Origin: Pseudomonadota bacterium
GTDB taxonomy: Bacteria > Pseudomonadota > Alphaproteobacteria > Rhodospirillales > 2-02-FULL-58-16
Reading direction: 5' to 3'
DNA: 36,002 nucleotides
Assembly: GCA_022572335.1 (NCBI GenBank)
Contig: JACZWD010000002.1
Location: 1 to 36,002 of the forward strand
In this document: positions 8,773 through 15,778 of the stretch, piece after piece
How the letters are laid out: each line of letters opens with the position of its first letter
Numbering within the stretch: position 1 is the first letter of the stretch
Notes under the pieces: generated by a model
Database searches by the model: none
What the model was told of the DNA's origin: nothing
The model's input: the letters and a program-made list of their open reading frames with translations, nothing else
Translations under genes and position numbers: made by a program

Positions 8773-9786
8773 TCAATCGACGATGATCCGGGCGTCCGGA
8801 TATCCGGCGTCGATCACCCACCTCAGAATCCGGTCGGCGTCGGTCACGCTGGCCAGGGGCCCGGCGCGGACGCGGAACAGATCCCTCCCGTTGACCAGCA
8901 CCGACGTCACCTTCACCGGCCCCAGGTTGGCCAGCCTGGCGCGCACCCGGTTGGCGTTGTCGAACTGGGCGAAGGCCCCGGCCTGGACGAAAACCCGGGT
9001 CGGACGCACGGGCACGACCGACACCACCCCCAGCCCCGGCGGGTCGGACGCGGCCAACTCCGGCACCATCCCGTCCACGACGTCGGCAGGGCCGCCGTCC
9101 ACCCCCTGCCCCGCCGCCGAAGACGACGCCGGCACCGGGGCAGCCGACGCTCCCGGCGGCGGCGGCAGGGCGGCGCTGCTGACGGTGGGGCTGGGCAGCC
9201 GGGCAACGATGATCGGCGTGCCGATCTTTGCCAGGGTCGCCTCGCCCTTCAGGCGGGCCCTCAGGACCCGGCTTTCATTGGCCATGATCTGGACGCGCAC
9301 GCGGGCCGTGCCATTCCTGTGGAACCCGAGGAGCTGCGCCGCCCGCCTGGACACGTCGATGATGCGGCCCCGGGCGAACGGCCCCCGGTCGTTCACCCGA
9401 AGCACCATGCTGCGGCCGTTTTCCAGGTTGGTGACGCGGACCACGCTGGGCAGGGGAAGGGTCCGGTGCGCCGCCGACAACGCATTCATGTCGAAGATCT
9501 CGCCGTTGGCCGTGCGGCCGCCGTCGAACTTGGGGCCGTACCAGGACGCGATGCCGGTTTCGTCGTAGCCGTAGTCCACGGCCGGGTAATACCAGGTGGA
9601 TTCGATCTGGTACGGATTGCCGATCTTATAGGTTGGCGCGGCCGTGGGCGCTTCGTAGGCCTTGCCGACCCGCTTGGCGGTATGGGCGATGAACTGCGTC
9701 TCCGCGCAGCCCCCGAGGACCGCCCAGGCCAGGGCCAGCATGAGCCAACGCCTCGCATACGGTTTTCTACTCATTGCCACGGCCAT
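8773..9786 (-). CDS. rlpA: Septal ring lytic transglycosylase RlpA-family lipoprotein with C-terminal SPOR domain
   Basis: LGGC lipobox and a DPBB core (ASWYGPKFDGGRTANGEIFD...VRVTNLENGRSMVLRVNDRGPF). A Pro/Ala linker follows, then a SPOR-like end (VFVQAGAFAQFDNANRVRARL...). The start is ambiguous (9828, 9786 or 9774). The AGGAG abuts ATG 9828 with zero spacing, so I prefer an internal ATG. Confidence 0.8.
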   Translation of the reverse strand: MAVAMSRKPYARRWLMLALAWAVLGGCAETQFIAHTAKRVGKAYEAPTAAPTYKIGNPYQIESTWYYPAVDYGYDETGIASWYGPKFDGGRTANGEIFDMNALSAAHRTLPLPSVVRVTNLENGRSMVLRVNDRGPFARGRIIDVSRRAAQLLGFHRNGTARVRVQIMANESRVLRARLKGEATLAKIGTPIIVARLPSPTVSSAALPPPPGASAAPVPASSSAAGQGVDGGPADVVDGMVPELAASDPPGLGVVSVVPVRPTRVFVQAGAFAQFDNANRVRARLANLGPVKVTSVLVNGRDLFRVRAGPLASVTDADRILRWVIDAGYPDARIIVD

Positions 9787-9820
9787 CGGTGCCGGGTGTT
9801 TCCGGGACGGGACGACCAAT

Positions 9821-10810
9821 TTATCCATCTCCTATCTGCTCGGCAAGGGAACCGACGGCGAGCGCGAAGAACGTCGAGCGGTTCCATCTCAGAATGGCGT
9901 GGTAATTGTCGTAGACCACGTACGCGGGGCCGCCGGGCCCTTCCGCCAAAACCACCGAGGCCATCAGATCGCGTTTCGGCAGGTCGCCGCCGTCGGCGCG
10001 CCGCACGCCCAGGCGTTGCCACTCGCTCAGGCGCTTGCGTATCTTCAGGCTGGCGAGCCCTGTGTCGAACCCCCTGGGCAGCCGCACCGGCCGCCCCCAC
10101 GTCTGGTCCCCCTTCCAGCCCACCCGGGACAGGTAGTTGGCGGCGGAGGCGAAGACGTCGGCCTTGGTGTTCCAGATGTCCTTGCGCCCGTCGCCGTCGT
10201 AGTCCACGGCAAAGGTGACGAACGAGGACGGCATGAACTGGCTCTGCCCCATGGCGCCGGCCCACGAGCCGACCATGTCGGGCAGCGCGATATGGCCCTG
10301 GTCCAGGATCTCCAGGGCATTGAGGAGCTCACGTCGGAAATAGGCGCCGCGCCGGCCGTCATAGGCAAGCGTCGCCAGCGCCGGAATGACGCGAAACCCG
10401 CCGGTGAGGCGCCCGAAATCGGTTTCGATACCCCAGAAAGCGACCACAAAGCGCGGCTGCACGCCGTACTTGCGGCCGATTTCCTCGAGCAGCGCCCGGT
10501 TCTCCCGCAGCCGCTGCCTCCCCATTTCCACCCGGGCCCGTGGCACCACGCGGTCCATGTACTGGCGGAAGGTCAGGGTGAACTCGGGCTGCTTGCGGTC
10601 CAGCTCGATGATCCGCGCGATGGGTTCGAGACCGTTCAGCGCCGCATCCAGGGTGGCGCTGCGGATGCCCCGCTGGGCGGCTTCCTGGCGCAGGGCGTCG
10701 ACCCATTGGGAAAAGGACGGGGTCCCGGCGAGCGCCGGGACGCCGAGAAGCAAGGCGCCGGCGAGGACGCCCCAACACACGCTCCGTTCCCAAACGCCTG
10801 ATCTTGTCAT
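9821..10810 (-). CDS. Lytic murein transglycosylase (MltB/Slt35 family)
   Basis: Signal peptide, then WGIETDFG (catalytic Glu) and GAMGQSQFMPSSF motifs. ATG at 10810 is preceded by AAGGAA. The rest of the 657-aa ORF is a shadow frame over ydcF. Confidence 0.9.
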   Translation of the reverse strand: MTRSGVWERSVCWGVLAGALLLGVPALAGTPSFSQWVDALRQEAAQRGIRSATLDAALNGLEPIARIIELDRKQPEFTLTFRQYMDRVVPRARVEMGRQRLRENRALLEEIGRKYGVQPRFVVAFWGIETDFGRLTGGFRVIPALATLAYDGRRGAYFRRELLNALEILDQGHIALPDMVGSWAGAMGQSQFMPSSFVTFAVDYDGDGRKDIWNTKADVFASAANYLSRVGWKGDQTWGRPVRLPRGFDTGLASLKIRKRLSEWQRLGVRRADGGDLPKRDLMASVVLAEGPGGPAYVVYDNYHAILRWNRSTFFALAVGSLAEQIGDG

Positions 10811-10851
10811 GGTGCGTTCCTTCTGCCACACGGCGGCCACCGGGGCAATTG

Positions 10852-11649
10852 TCAAACGTCCGGTGCCGGTAAGAAGGTGTCGGTTTTTCCGGTCAGCCAA
10901 TAGAACGTCAGGCCCAGCCACTCGTGCAGGCCGCCTGCGAAGGCGGTGATGCCGCCGGCGAAGTCGAAGGCCAGTTCGAACGTCTCGTCGCCCTCGAAAT
11001 TGAAATCCACGGGATAGGGTATCACGCGCCATCCCGCCCGGCGGAAACAGCCGACGGCGCGGGGCATGTGGAAGGCCGAGGTGATGAGAATCCACCTTTC
11101 CCCTGGCTTGGGCTTGACCAGACCGAAGGTGGCGACGGCATTTTCGTAGGTGTTGCGGGACTGGTTCTCGAACAGGATGCGGTCCGTGTCCAACCCGAGA
11201 ACGTCGAAAAACGGCCGCAGCACGTCGGCCTCCTTCACATCCTGGCGGACGAGATTCCCGGAGCCCCCGGTGAATACCAGCTTGGCGTCCGGGTAGCGGC
11301 GCGCCAGGGCGGCGAATTCGGTCAGCCGTTCCACCGCCCCGCCCAGGGCCACCTGCCCCCGCGCCTGGGTCACGAACTGGTTGACGACGCCGCCCAGCAC
11401 GATGATCCCGTCGATCCGCTCGGGCAGGTCGGCGGCCACCGGAAAGCGGTTCTCGAGGGGAAGATACAGCCTGGTGCCGAGGGGCAGGGTCGCCATGGCG
11501 AGGGCGGCGAGGACGGCCAGGCTCACCAGCCACCGCCCGGCGCGGCGCCACCGGGTCCATAGCAGCCATCCGCCGAGGCCGAGCATGATTGCCAACAGGT
11601 TGCCGGGATTGACGATGAACCATGCGACCTTGGAAACGACGAAAAACAT
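10852..11649 (-). CDS. YdcF/ElyC-family (DUF218) membrane-anchored protein
   Basis: Two N-terminal TM helices, then DGIIVLGGV...FTGGSG...SRNTYENA...LITSAFHMPRA, typical of DUF218. ATG at 11649. Confidence 0.85.
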   Translation of the reverse strand: MFFVVSKVAWFIVNPGNLLAIMLGLGGWLLWTRWRRAGRWLVSLAVLAALAMATLPLGTRLYLPLENRFPVAADLPERIDGIIVLGGVVNQFVTQARGQVALGGAVERLTEFAALARRYPDAKLVFTGGSGNLVRQDVKEADVLRPFFDVLGLDTDRILFENQSRNTYENAVATFGLVKPKPGERWILITSAFHMPRAVGCFRRAGWRVIPYPVDFNFEGDETFELAFDFAGGITAFAGGLHEWLGLTFYWLTGKTDTFLPAPDV

Positions 11650-11964
11650 GTCTGAGTGGCATCCCCGGGAGCCGGGCGCGCCGACCCCCGCGCCACCGCG
11701 GCCCTGCCCCGCCCCGAACAAACATCGCCGCGGCCCTTTGGCGGCGCCGGCATTTTGACCGGACGGTGGTTAACCGGCTGTTAAAGGCGTGCACGCCCCG
11801 TTGGCGCGCGGGTCCGGCCTGCCGGGCCTGAATCCGCTCCCGCGATCACCGTTCCTTAATTCTTTTCCCGTACCCCCGGGGAGCGAAAACCCCTTTGGGC
11901 GGAACCCGGCGCGCGCCGGGGTACCGGCCCGGTGGAAAAAGACAGGCGCCGAACCGTTTCGCCC

Positions 11965-12402
11965 ATGATTTCATCCGTCGCATCCCCGCTGATCGACCCG
12001 CCCCGCGCCGACCGGCCGCTTCAGCCCGGCGTCCGCGTGGCCAAGGCGAAACCGGCCGGCGACGGCACCGCCCCGGCGCTCGGAATTCCTTCCAACCTGG
12101 CCGATGGGAAGACCCTTCTCGCGGCCCAGGAGCAACGGCCGGGCGGGGACAAACGGGGCGGACACGCGGGCGGCCAACAGGAGCTCAGCGACGAAGAACA
12201 GGAGATCGTCGCCGAACTCAAGCGCCGCGACACCGAGGTGCGCCGCCACGAGCAGGCCCATTCGTCGGCCGCCGGGAGCTACGGCGGCCCGCCGTCCTTT
12301 GAATACGAGCGCGGACCCGACGGCCGGCTGTACGCCGTGGGCGGCGGCGCCCCGAGCTTCGCGGGTGCGACCCCGCCCGGCGCAGCCGATGCGGATCGAT
12401 GA
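11965..12402 (+). CDS. SprA-related / putative metalloprotease CJM1_0395-family protein
   Basis: The core [32 protein letters not shown]...[20 protein letters not shown] matches my memory of the SprA-related family, including the HExxH-like HEQAH. The start is ATG 11965 (MISSVASPL) or GTG 11932. Confidence 0.65.
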   Translation: MISSVASPLIDPPRADRPLQPGVRVAKAKPAGDGTAPALGIPSNLADGKTLLAAQEQRPGGDKRGGHAGGQQELSDEEQEIVAELKRRDTEVRRHEQAHSSAAGSYGGPPSFEYERGPDGRLYAVGGGAPSFAGATPPGAADADR

Positions 12403-12426
12403 GTCGCGGATTCCGGCAGACAGGGG

Positions 12427-12702
12427 CTACTTGGGAGTGCCGGAGGCCCCGGAAACGCCCTTCGATGAAGCGAGCACCGTCCCGCCGTCCGCATCCTCGC
12501 GGCAGATGGCGCCCCCGGTGATGGCGCGATGGACGGCGCAGTCCCGGCCGACGGCCGCCGACAGGCCGTGATCGGACATGGATTTGCTGGTCATCAGGTA
12601 GCTGATCCCGTCCGCGGCCCAGGTGGCGATTTGCAGGGGCAGAGGCACGGCACAGGCCCCCACGAAAAGCGGACACACAATTATCAACAGTCGCCGGAGC
12701 AT
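12427..12702 (-). CDS. Small putative lipoprotein (91 aa)
   Basis: MLRRLLIIVCPLFVGAC has a lipobox-like signal. ATG at 12702 lies 2 nt after the upstream stop, and a GGAG sits inside the upstream ORF's end. Confidence 0.55.
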   Translation of the reverse strand: MLRRLLIIVCPLFVGACAVPLPLQIATWAADGISYLMTSKSMSDHGLSAAVGRDCAVHRAITGGAICREDADGGTVLASSKGVSGASGTPK

Positions 12703-12704
12703 TT

Positions 12705-12935
12705 TCACCCATCTCCCCGAGAAGTGGTTTGCCCGCCGTCGCCGCCGGCATCGCGGCCGGGCTTTTCGCTCGCCGGGTCCGGCGCCGGCAGGGAGTCGCT
12801 GACCATCGCCATCAACTGCCGCCGGACGGCCTTCGAGATGATGGCCACTTGGTCTATGGCCACCCGATAGAGGGCCACGGCCCTGGCGGCATCCGGCGCG
12901 CGCTCTGCTTGGTGGATCAGGTCTGTGCGAGACAT
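12705..12935 (-). CDS. Small hypothetical helical protein (76 aa), likely co-transcribed with the lipoprotein
   Basis: ATG start, high GC3 by eye, plausible amphipathic sequence (DAARAVALYRVAIDQVAIISKAVRRQLMAM), and tight coupling to the downstream gene. The SD is weak. Confidence 0.35.
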   Translation of the reverse strand: MSRTDLIHQAERAPDAARAVALYRVAIDQVAIISKAVRRQLMAMVSDSLPAPDPASEKPGRDAGGDGGQTTSRGDG

Positions 12936-13160
12936 GGTGCGTCATCCCGTTTCGGGCGGCACGGATCGCCCGAGGGGACGTGCTGCGGTCTTCTACCGAA
13001 GCGATACCCCCCCGACACGCCGATATTGAGCGCAAGCCGTTAATGAAATCTGAAGAGGGGCCGGCCGCATGCACGAAGACGCCGCCATGACGGGGGACGC
13101 GGCGCAGGAGAGTCCTTCAGCATTCCGCCAGGGACGGATAGTATCCAGGCCTCCACGGCC

Positions 13161-13250
13161 GGATGGGTGCCCGAGTGGTTGAAGGGACCGGTCTTGAAAA
13201 CCGGCAGGGGTTAACGCTCCTCGTGGGTTCGAATCCCACCCCATCCGCCA
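13161..13250 (+). tRNA. tRNA-Ser (anticodon UGA), class II with long variable arm, CCA encoded
   Basis: Hand fold: acceptor GGATGGG/CCCATCC; anticodon stem CCGGT/ACCGG with loop CTTGAAA (anticodon TGA); 5-bp variable arm AGGGG/CTCCT; T-arm GTGGG-TTCGAAT-CCCAC; discriminator G plus CCA. Confidence 0.95.
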
Positions 13251-13291
13251 TCCGCCTCCGCCAAGGCTTCGGCGGGATGTAACCGCGGCAC

Positions 13292-13579
13292 ATGACCGGA
13301 GGCGGATGTCACGCCGAAGCTTTAGCGAAGGCGGACCGATTGCATTTCGTCTACATTATCAAAAGTGAATCGAGCCCAGGCCGGTTCTACGTTGGCTCGA
13401 CGACAGATCTCGATCGGCGCTTCGAGGAGCATAATTCGGGAAAATCCGCTCACACGGCGAAATTCACGCCTTGGAGGCTCTTGACTTACATCGCTGTCTC
13501 TGATCGAGCAAAAGCGGATTGTTTTGAGCGCTATCCTAAATCAGGCTCCGGAAGAGCCTTTTCGAAGAGACACTTTTAG
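13292..13579 (+). CDS. GIY-YIG nuclease-family small protein (UPF0213-like)
   Basis: FVYIIKS...GRFYVGSTTDLDRRFEEHNSG...PW motif series. The start is ATG 13292 or TTG 13340 (giving MHFVYIIKS). A 120-nt hand count gives about 52 % G+C. Confidence 0.8.
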   Translation: MTGGGCHAEALAKADRLHFVYIIKSESSPGRFYVGSTTDLDRRFEEHNSGKSAHTAKFTPWRLLTYIAVSDRAKADCFERYPKSGSGRAFSKRHF

Positions 13580-13588
13580 TGGAGCAGC

Positions 13589-13648
13589 GGTTGCCGCAAA
13601 CGAAACCCGCCCCGCGCGGCGCACGGGGCGGGCCGTTGCGGGCAACCT
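13589..13648 (-). terminator. Long GC hairpin between convergent genes; terminator for the minus-strand small gene, possibly bidirectional
   Basis: Core stem CCCGCCCCG (13606-13614) / CGGGGCGGG (13624-13632), extended by GGTTGCCGCAAACG / CGTTGCGGGCAACC. On the minus strand it is followed by TTTCGTTTG. Confidence 0.5.
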
Positions 13649-13652
13649 GGCC

Positions 13653-13895
13653 CTAATGCTTGATGCCGAGGGCCTCCATCTCTTTGTGCAAGACCTTGAG
13701 CGCCTCCCCGTGTTTCCCGGCCTTGTGGAGCGCCAACCCCTTGTCGCTCATTTCCTTGGCCGTCATCATCTTTCCTTTATCGAGCTTCGACATGGCGGCT
13801 TGGATTTTCTTGACGTCCTTGGGGCAGTGGCCGGCGAGCGCCGGCCCGCTGACGAATGCGAGCACCACGGCGGCGGCGAGTGTGCGTTTAATCAA
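13653..13895 (-). CDS. Small secreted Lys/His-rich protein (80 aa)
   Basis: TTG at 13895 lies 5 nt after GGGAGG. Signal peptide MIKRTLAAAVVLAFVSGPALA, then a helical Lys-rich mature part (HCPKDVKKIQAAMSKLDKGK...KHGEALKVLHKEMEALGIKH). The other 450 codons of the 532-aa ORF are a shadow frame. Confidence 0.55.
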   Translation of the reverse strand: MIKRTLAAAVVLAFVSGPALAGHCPKDVKKIQAAMSKLDKGKMMTAKEMSDKGLALHKAGKHGEALKVLHKEMEALGIKH

Positions 13896-14075
13896 TTGAA
13901 CCTCCCATGCGAGTTGGAATAAGTCGCGTTTCCCCTTCCCTATACACCACCCCGGCCATGGATTCCACCAGCGCACGAAAAATTGACCTTTGCCGCCCGG
14001 CTGTGCATCCTTCCCCGCCGGACGGCGCGGGGGCGCGAAACCGCGGATCGGGAACCCGGGCGGGAGAGGCAGCCG

Positions 14076-14714
14076 TTGCACATCGAGATCATTTTCGACG
14101 CCGTGTGCCCGTGGTGCTACATCGGCAAGCGCCGGCTGGAAAAGGCGCTGGCGCTGCGCCCCCATATCCGGGCGACGGCCCGGTGGCGCCCCTTCCTGCT
14201 CAACCCCGAGATGCCGCCCGAAGGCATCGACCGCACCGCCTACCTGATCAGGAAGTTCGGCAGCGAAGCGCGGGTGCGCCATGTCTACGGCGCCATCGGC
14301 GAGGCCGGAGAATCGGTGGAGATCGACTTCGCCTTCGAGCGCATCCGGCGCACGCCGAGCACGGTGGACGCCCACCGCCTGGTCCGCTTCGCCGAGCGCT
14401 CGGGCAGGGCCACGGACGCCGTCGAGGCCCTGTTCCTCGCTTACTTCGTCGACGGCAGCGATATCGGCGACAGCGGCGTGCTGACCGGCATCGGCGAGGC
14501 CCTGGGCCTGGACCCCGGCCCGTTGCGCGCGTACCTGACGAGCGACGAGGACGCGGCCCTGATCCACCAGGAAAACGCCCGCGCCCACGGCCTCGGCATC
14601 AACGGCGTGCCCGCCTTCGTGTTCAACCGCGACATGGTCATCTCCGGCGCCCAGGAGCCCCAGGTCCTGGCCCGCATGCTGGACGCGGCGCACGAGGTGG
14701 GCGGCGGGGGTTGA
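14076..14714 (+). CDS. DsbA-family oxidoreductase (FrnE / 2-hydroxychromene-2-carboxylate isomerase-like)
   Basis: IEIIFDAVCPWCYIGKRRLEKAL (CPWC thioredoxin-fold motif) and GINGVPAFVF. TTG at 14076 is preceded by GGGAGAGG. TTG 13983 is an alternative start. Confidence 0.85.
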   Translation: MHIEIIFDAVCPWCYIGKRRLEKALALRPHIRATARWRPFLLNPEMPPEGIDRTAYLIRKFGSEARVRHVYGAIGEAGESVEIDFAFERIRRTPSTVDAHRLVRFAERSGRATDAVEALFLAYFVDGSDIGDSGVLTGIGEALGLDPGPLRAYLTSDEDAALIHQENARAHGLGINGVPAFVFNRDMVISGAQEPQVLARMLDAAHEVGGGG

Positions 14715-14941
14715 GGGCGGGCGTTCCCGGCGCGGGATGTTTGGCCGCCGGGGCGCCGCGCGGCCCGGCGCGTCGTCGTCCCCGGTGTCGTTCGCGGTGC
14801 ACGACCCGCTCCACCCCTTTGCGTCCCTTTGCGTCCTCTGCGTTGAAAACCTAAAACGCCAAGGACGCGGAGGAGCGCGGAGGAGCGGAAAACAGGATGT
14901 TTTAATTTCTCCTGCGGCCCGCAAGCGCGAAACCACCCCCC

Positions 14942-14989
14942 CCCAGGCGCGCCCGTAGACCAGCCGGTGGTCGGGGCGCAGCTTGACCG
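14942..14989. repeat. Left copy of a 48-bp direct repeat: an orphan fragment of the mfd 3' coding sequence
   Basis: cccaggcgcgcccgtagaccagccGgtggtcgggGcgcagcttgaccg matches 15850-15897 at 46/48 positions by hand alignment. Confidence 0.9.
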
Positions 14990-15003
14990 CCTTCCCGGGA
15001 CGT

Positions 15004-15030
15004 AAAAAGTTTACGATAAGTAAACTTTTT
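15004..15030 (+). promoter_or_regulatory. Perfect 11-5-11 palindrome, candidate antitoxin operator
   Basis: AAAAAGTTTAC-gataa-GTAAACTTTTT lies immediately upstream of the -35. A third GTAAAC half-site at 15053-15058 overlaps the -10. Confidence 0.6.
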
Positions 15031-15031
15031 C

Positions 15032-15059
15032 TTGACAGGATGTGTACCAATGGTAAACA
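15032..15059 (+). promoter_or_regulatory. Candidate sigma70-type promoter of the toxin-antitoxin operon
   Basis: TTGACA (15032-15037), a 16-nt spacer, then TAAACA (15054-15059). The toxin ATG at 15067 is only about 7 nt downstream and has no SD, so the mRNA may be leaderless. Confidence 0.4.
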
Positions 15060-15066
15060 ACTGTCC

Positions 15067-15327
15067 ATGAAACTGGTCATCGGGACCCAGGCGGTCAAGG
15101 CACTGAGGAAAATGCAGCCCAAGACAAGCGAGACCATTCTCACGCGCCTGGCGGCCATCGCCGAGGCGCCGTTCGCCCGCCACGCCAACGTGGAGCGCCT
15201 GATCGGCGCAAAGGACGGCTTCCGGGTCCGGGTCGGCGGCTGGCGCGCCACCTATCGCCTGGACCGTGGCAAAGACGAAATGCAGGTTGTCCGGATCAAG
15301 CCCCGAGGCGAGGTATACAAACGATGA
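15067..15327 (+). CDS. Type II toxin, RelE/ParE superfamily (86 aa)
   Basis: MKLVIGTQAVKALRKM...GFRVRVGGWRATYRLDRGKDEMQVVRIKPRGEVY has the size and the C-terminal GxxRxRxGdyRxxY...V..I.hR..vY pattern of RelE/ParE toxins. It overlaps the next gene as ATGA. Confidence 0.8.
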   Translation: MKLVIGTQAVKALRKMQPKTSETILTRLAAIAEAPFARHANVERLIGAKDGFRVRVGGWRATYRLDRGKDEMQVVRIKPRGEVYKR

Positions 15328-15755
15328 AAAAGTTCACGCCCCTCACCGCCGAAGAAATTCTTGCGATCGAGGACCGTGCCCGCGGTGACCTGGCGGCGCG
15401 CCGCAAGAATGCCGACGCCCGCGACACGCTGCGCCTGATCACAACCCTGCGCAGCACCGAGAAGAGGCTCCGCGAGGAGCTCGGGGACATGGATGACCGC
15501 CGGGCCGTCGACGCCGCCGCCGCCGGCCGCGGCACCTTCCTGCCCGCCGACCGGGTCCGGCGCATCCTCGACGGCGCAAGCCCTCTGCGCGTGTACCGCG
15601 AGCACCGCGGACTCACCCTGCAGGCGTTGGCCGACAGGATCGGTGTCGGCAAGTCCTATCTGTCGCAGATCGAGACCGGCAGGAAAAACGGCTCGTTGAA
15701 GGTCATGTGTGCCTGCGCCGCCGCCCTGGACGTGGACCTGGACGATCTGGTCTGA
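15324..15755 (+). CDS. XRE-family HTH antitoxin with an N-terminal extension of about 85 aa
   Basis: The C-terminal part, LRVYREHRGLTLQALADRIGVGKSYLSQIETGRKNGSLKVMCACAAALDVDLDDL, is a Cro/C1-type HTH. The gene is translationally coupled to the toxin (ATGA). Confidence 0.8.
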   Translation: MKKFTPLTAEEILAIEDRARGDLAARRKNADARDTLRLITTLRSTEKRLREELGDMDDRRAVDAAAAGRGTFLPADRVRRILDGASPLRVYREHRGLTLQALADRIGVGKSYLSQIETGRKNGSLKVMCACAAALDVDLDDLV

Positions 15756-15778
15756 GCGGCCCGTAACCTCCGTCCCCC

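Noticed and set aside
7420-10218. 932-aa plus-strand ORF spanning the carboxypeptidase, rlpA and transglycosylase loci.
   Set aside because: It is antisense to three genes with clear active-site motifs. It is Arg/Gly/Pro/His-rich with no domains, so it is a shadow frame. The same reasoning rejects 2299-3576, 4118-5641, 5598-6935, 6106-7233, 8054-9568, 9662-10801, 10924-11562, 20166-21776, 20431-21561, 22880-24190, 28917-30035 and 34062-35372.
12993-13244. 83-aa minus-strand ORF overlapping the tRNA-Ser gene.
   Set aside because: It lies antisense across a perfectly folding tRNA and has no SD, so it is spurious.
13251-14075. Looked for an integrase, or a direct repeat of the tRNA-Ser 3' end, that would define a genomic island.
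   Set aside because: No integrase or recombinase-like ORF is present, and I could not find a second copy of the tRNA 3' segment (GGTTCGAATCCCACCCCATCC) by eye. The island idea is therefore kept only as a low-confidence remark.
13653-15251. 532-aa minus-strand ORF running from the TA promoter region through the DsbA-family gene.
   Set aside because: Only the last 80 codons (TTG 13895, SD GGGAGG, signal peptide) look real. The rest is antisense to the CPWC oxidoreductase and crosses the repeat-rich spacer. It stays open only because of GC content.
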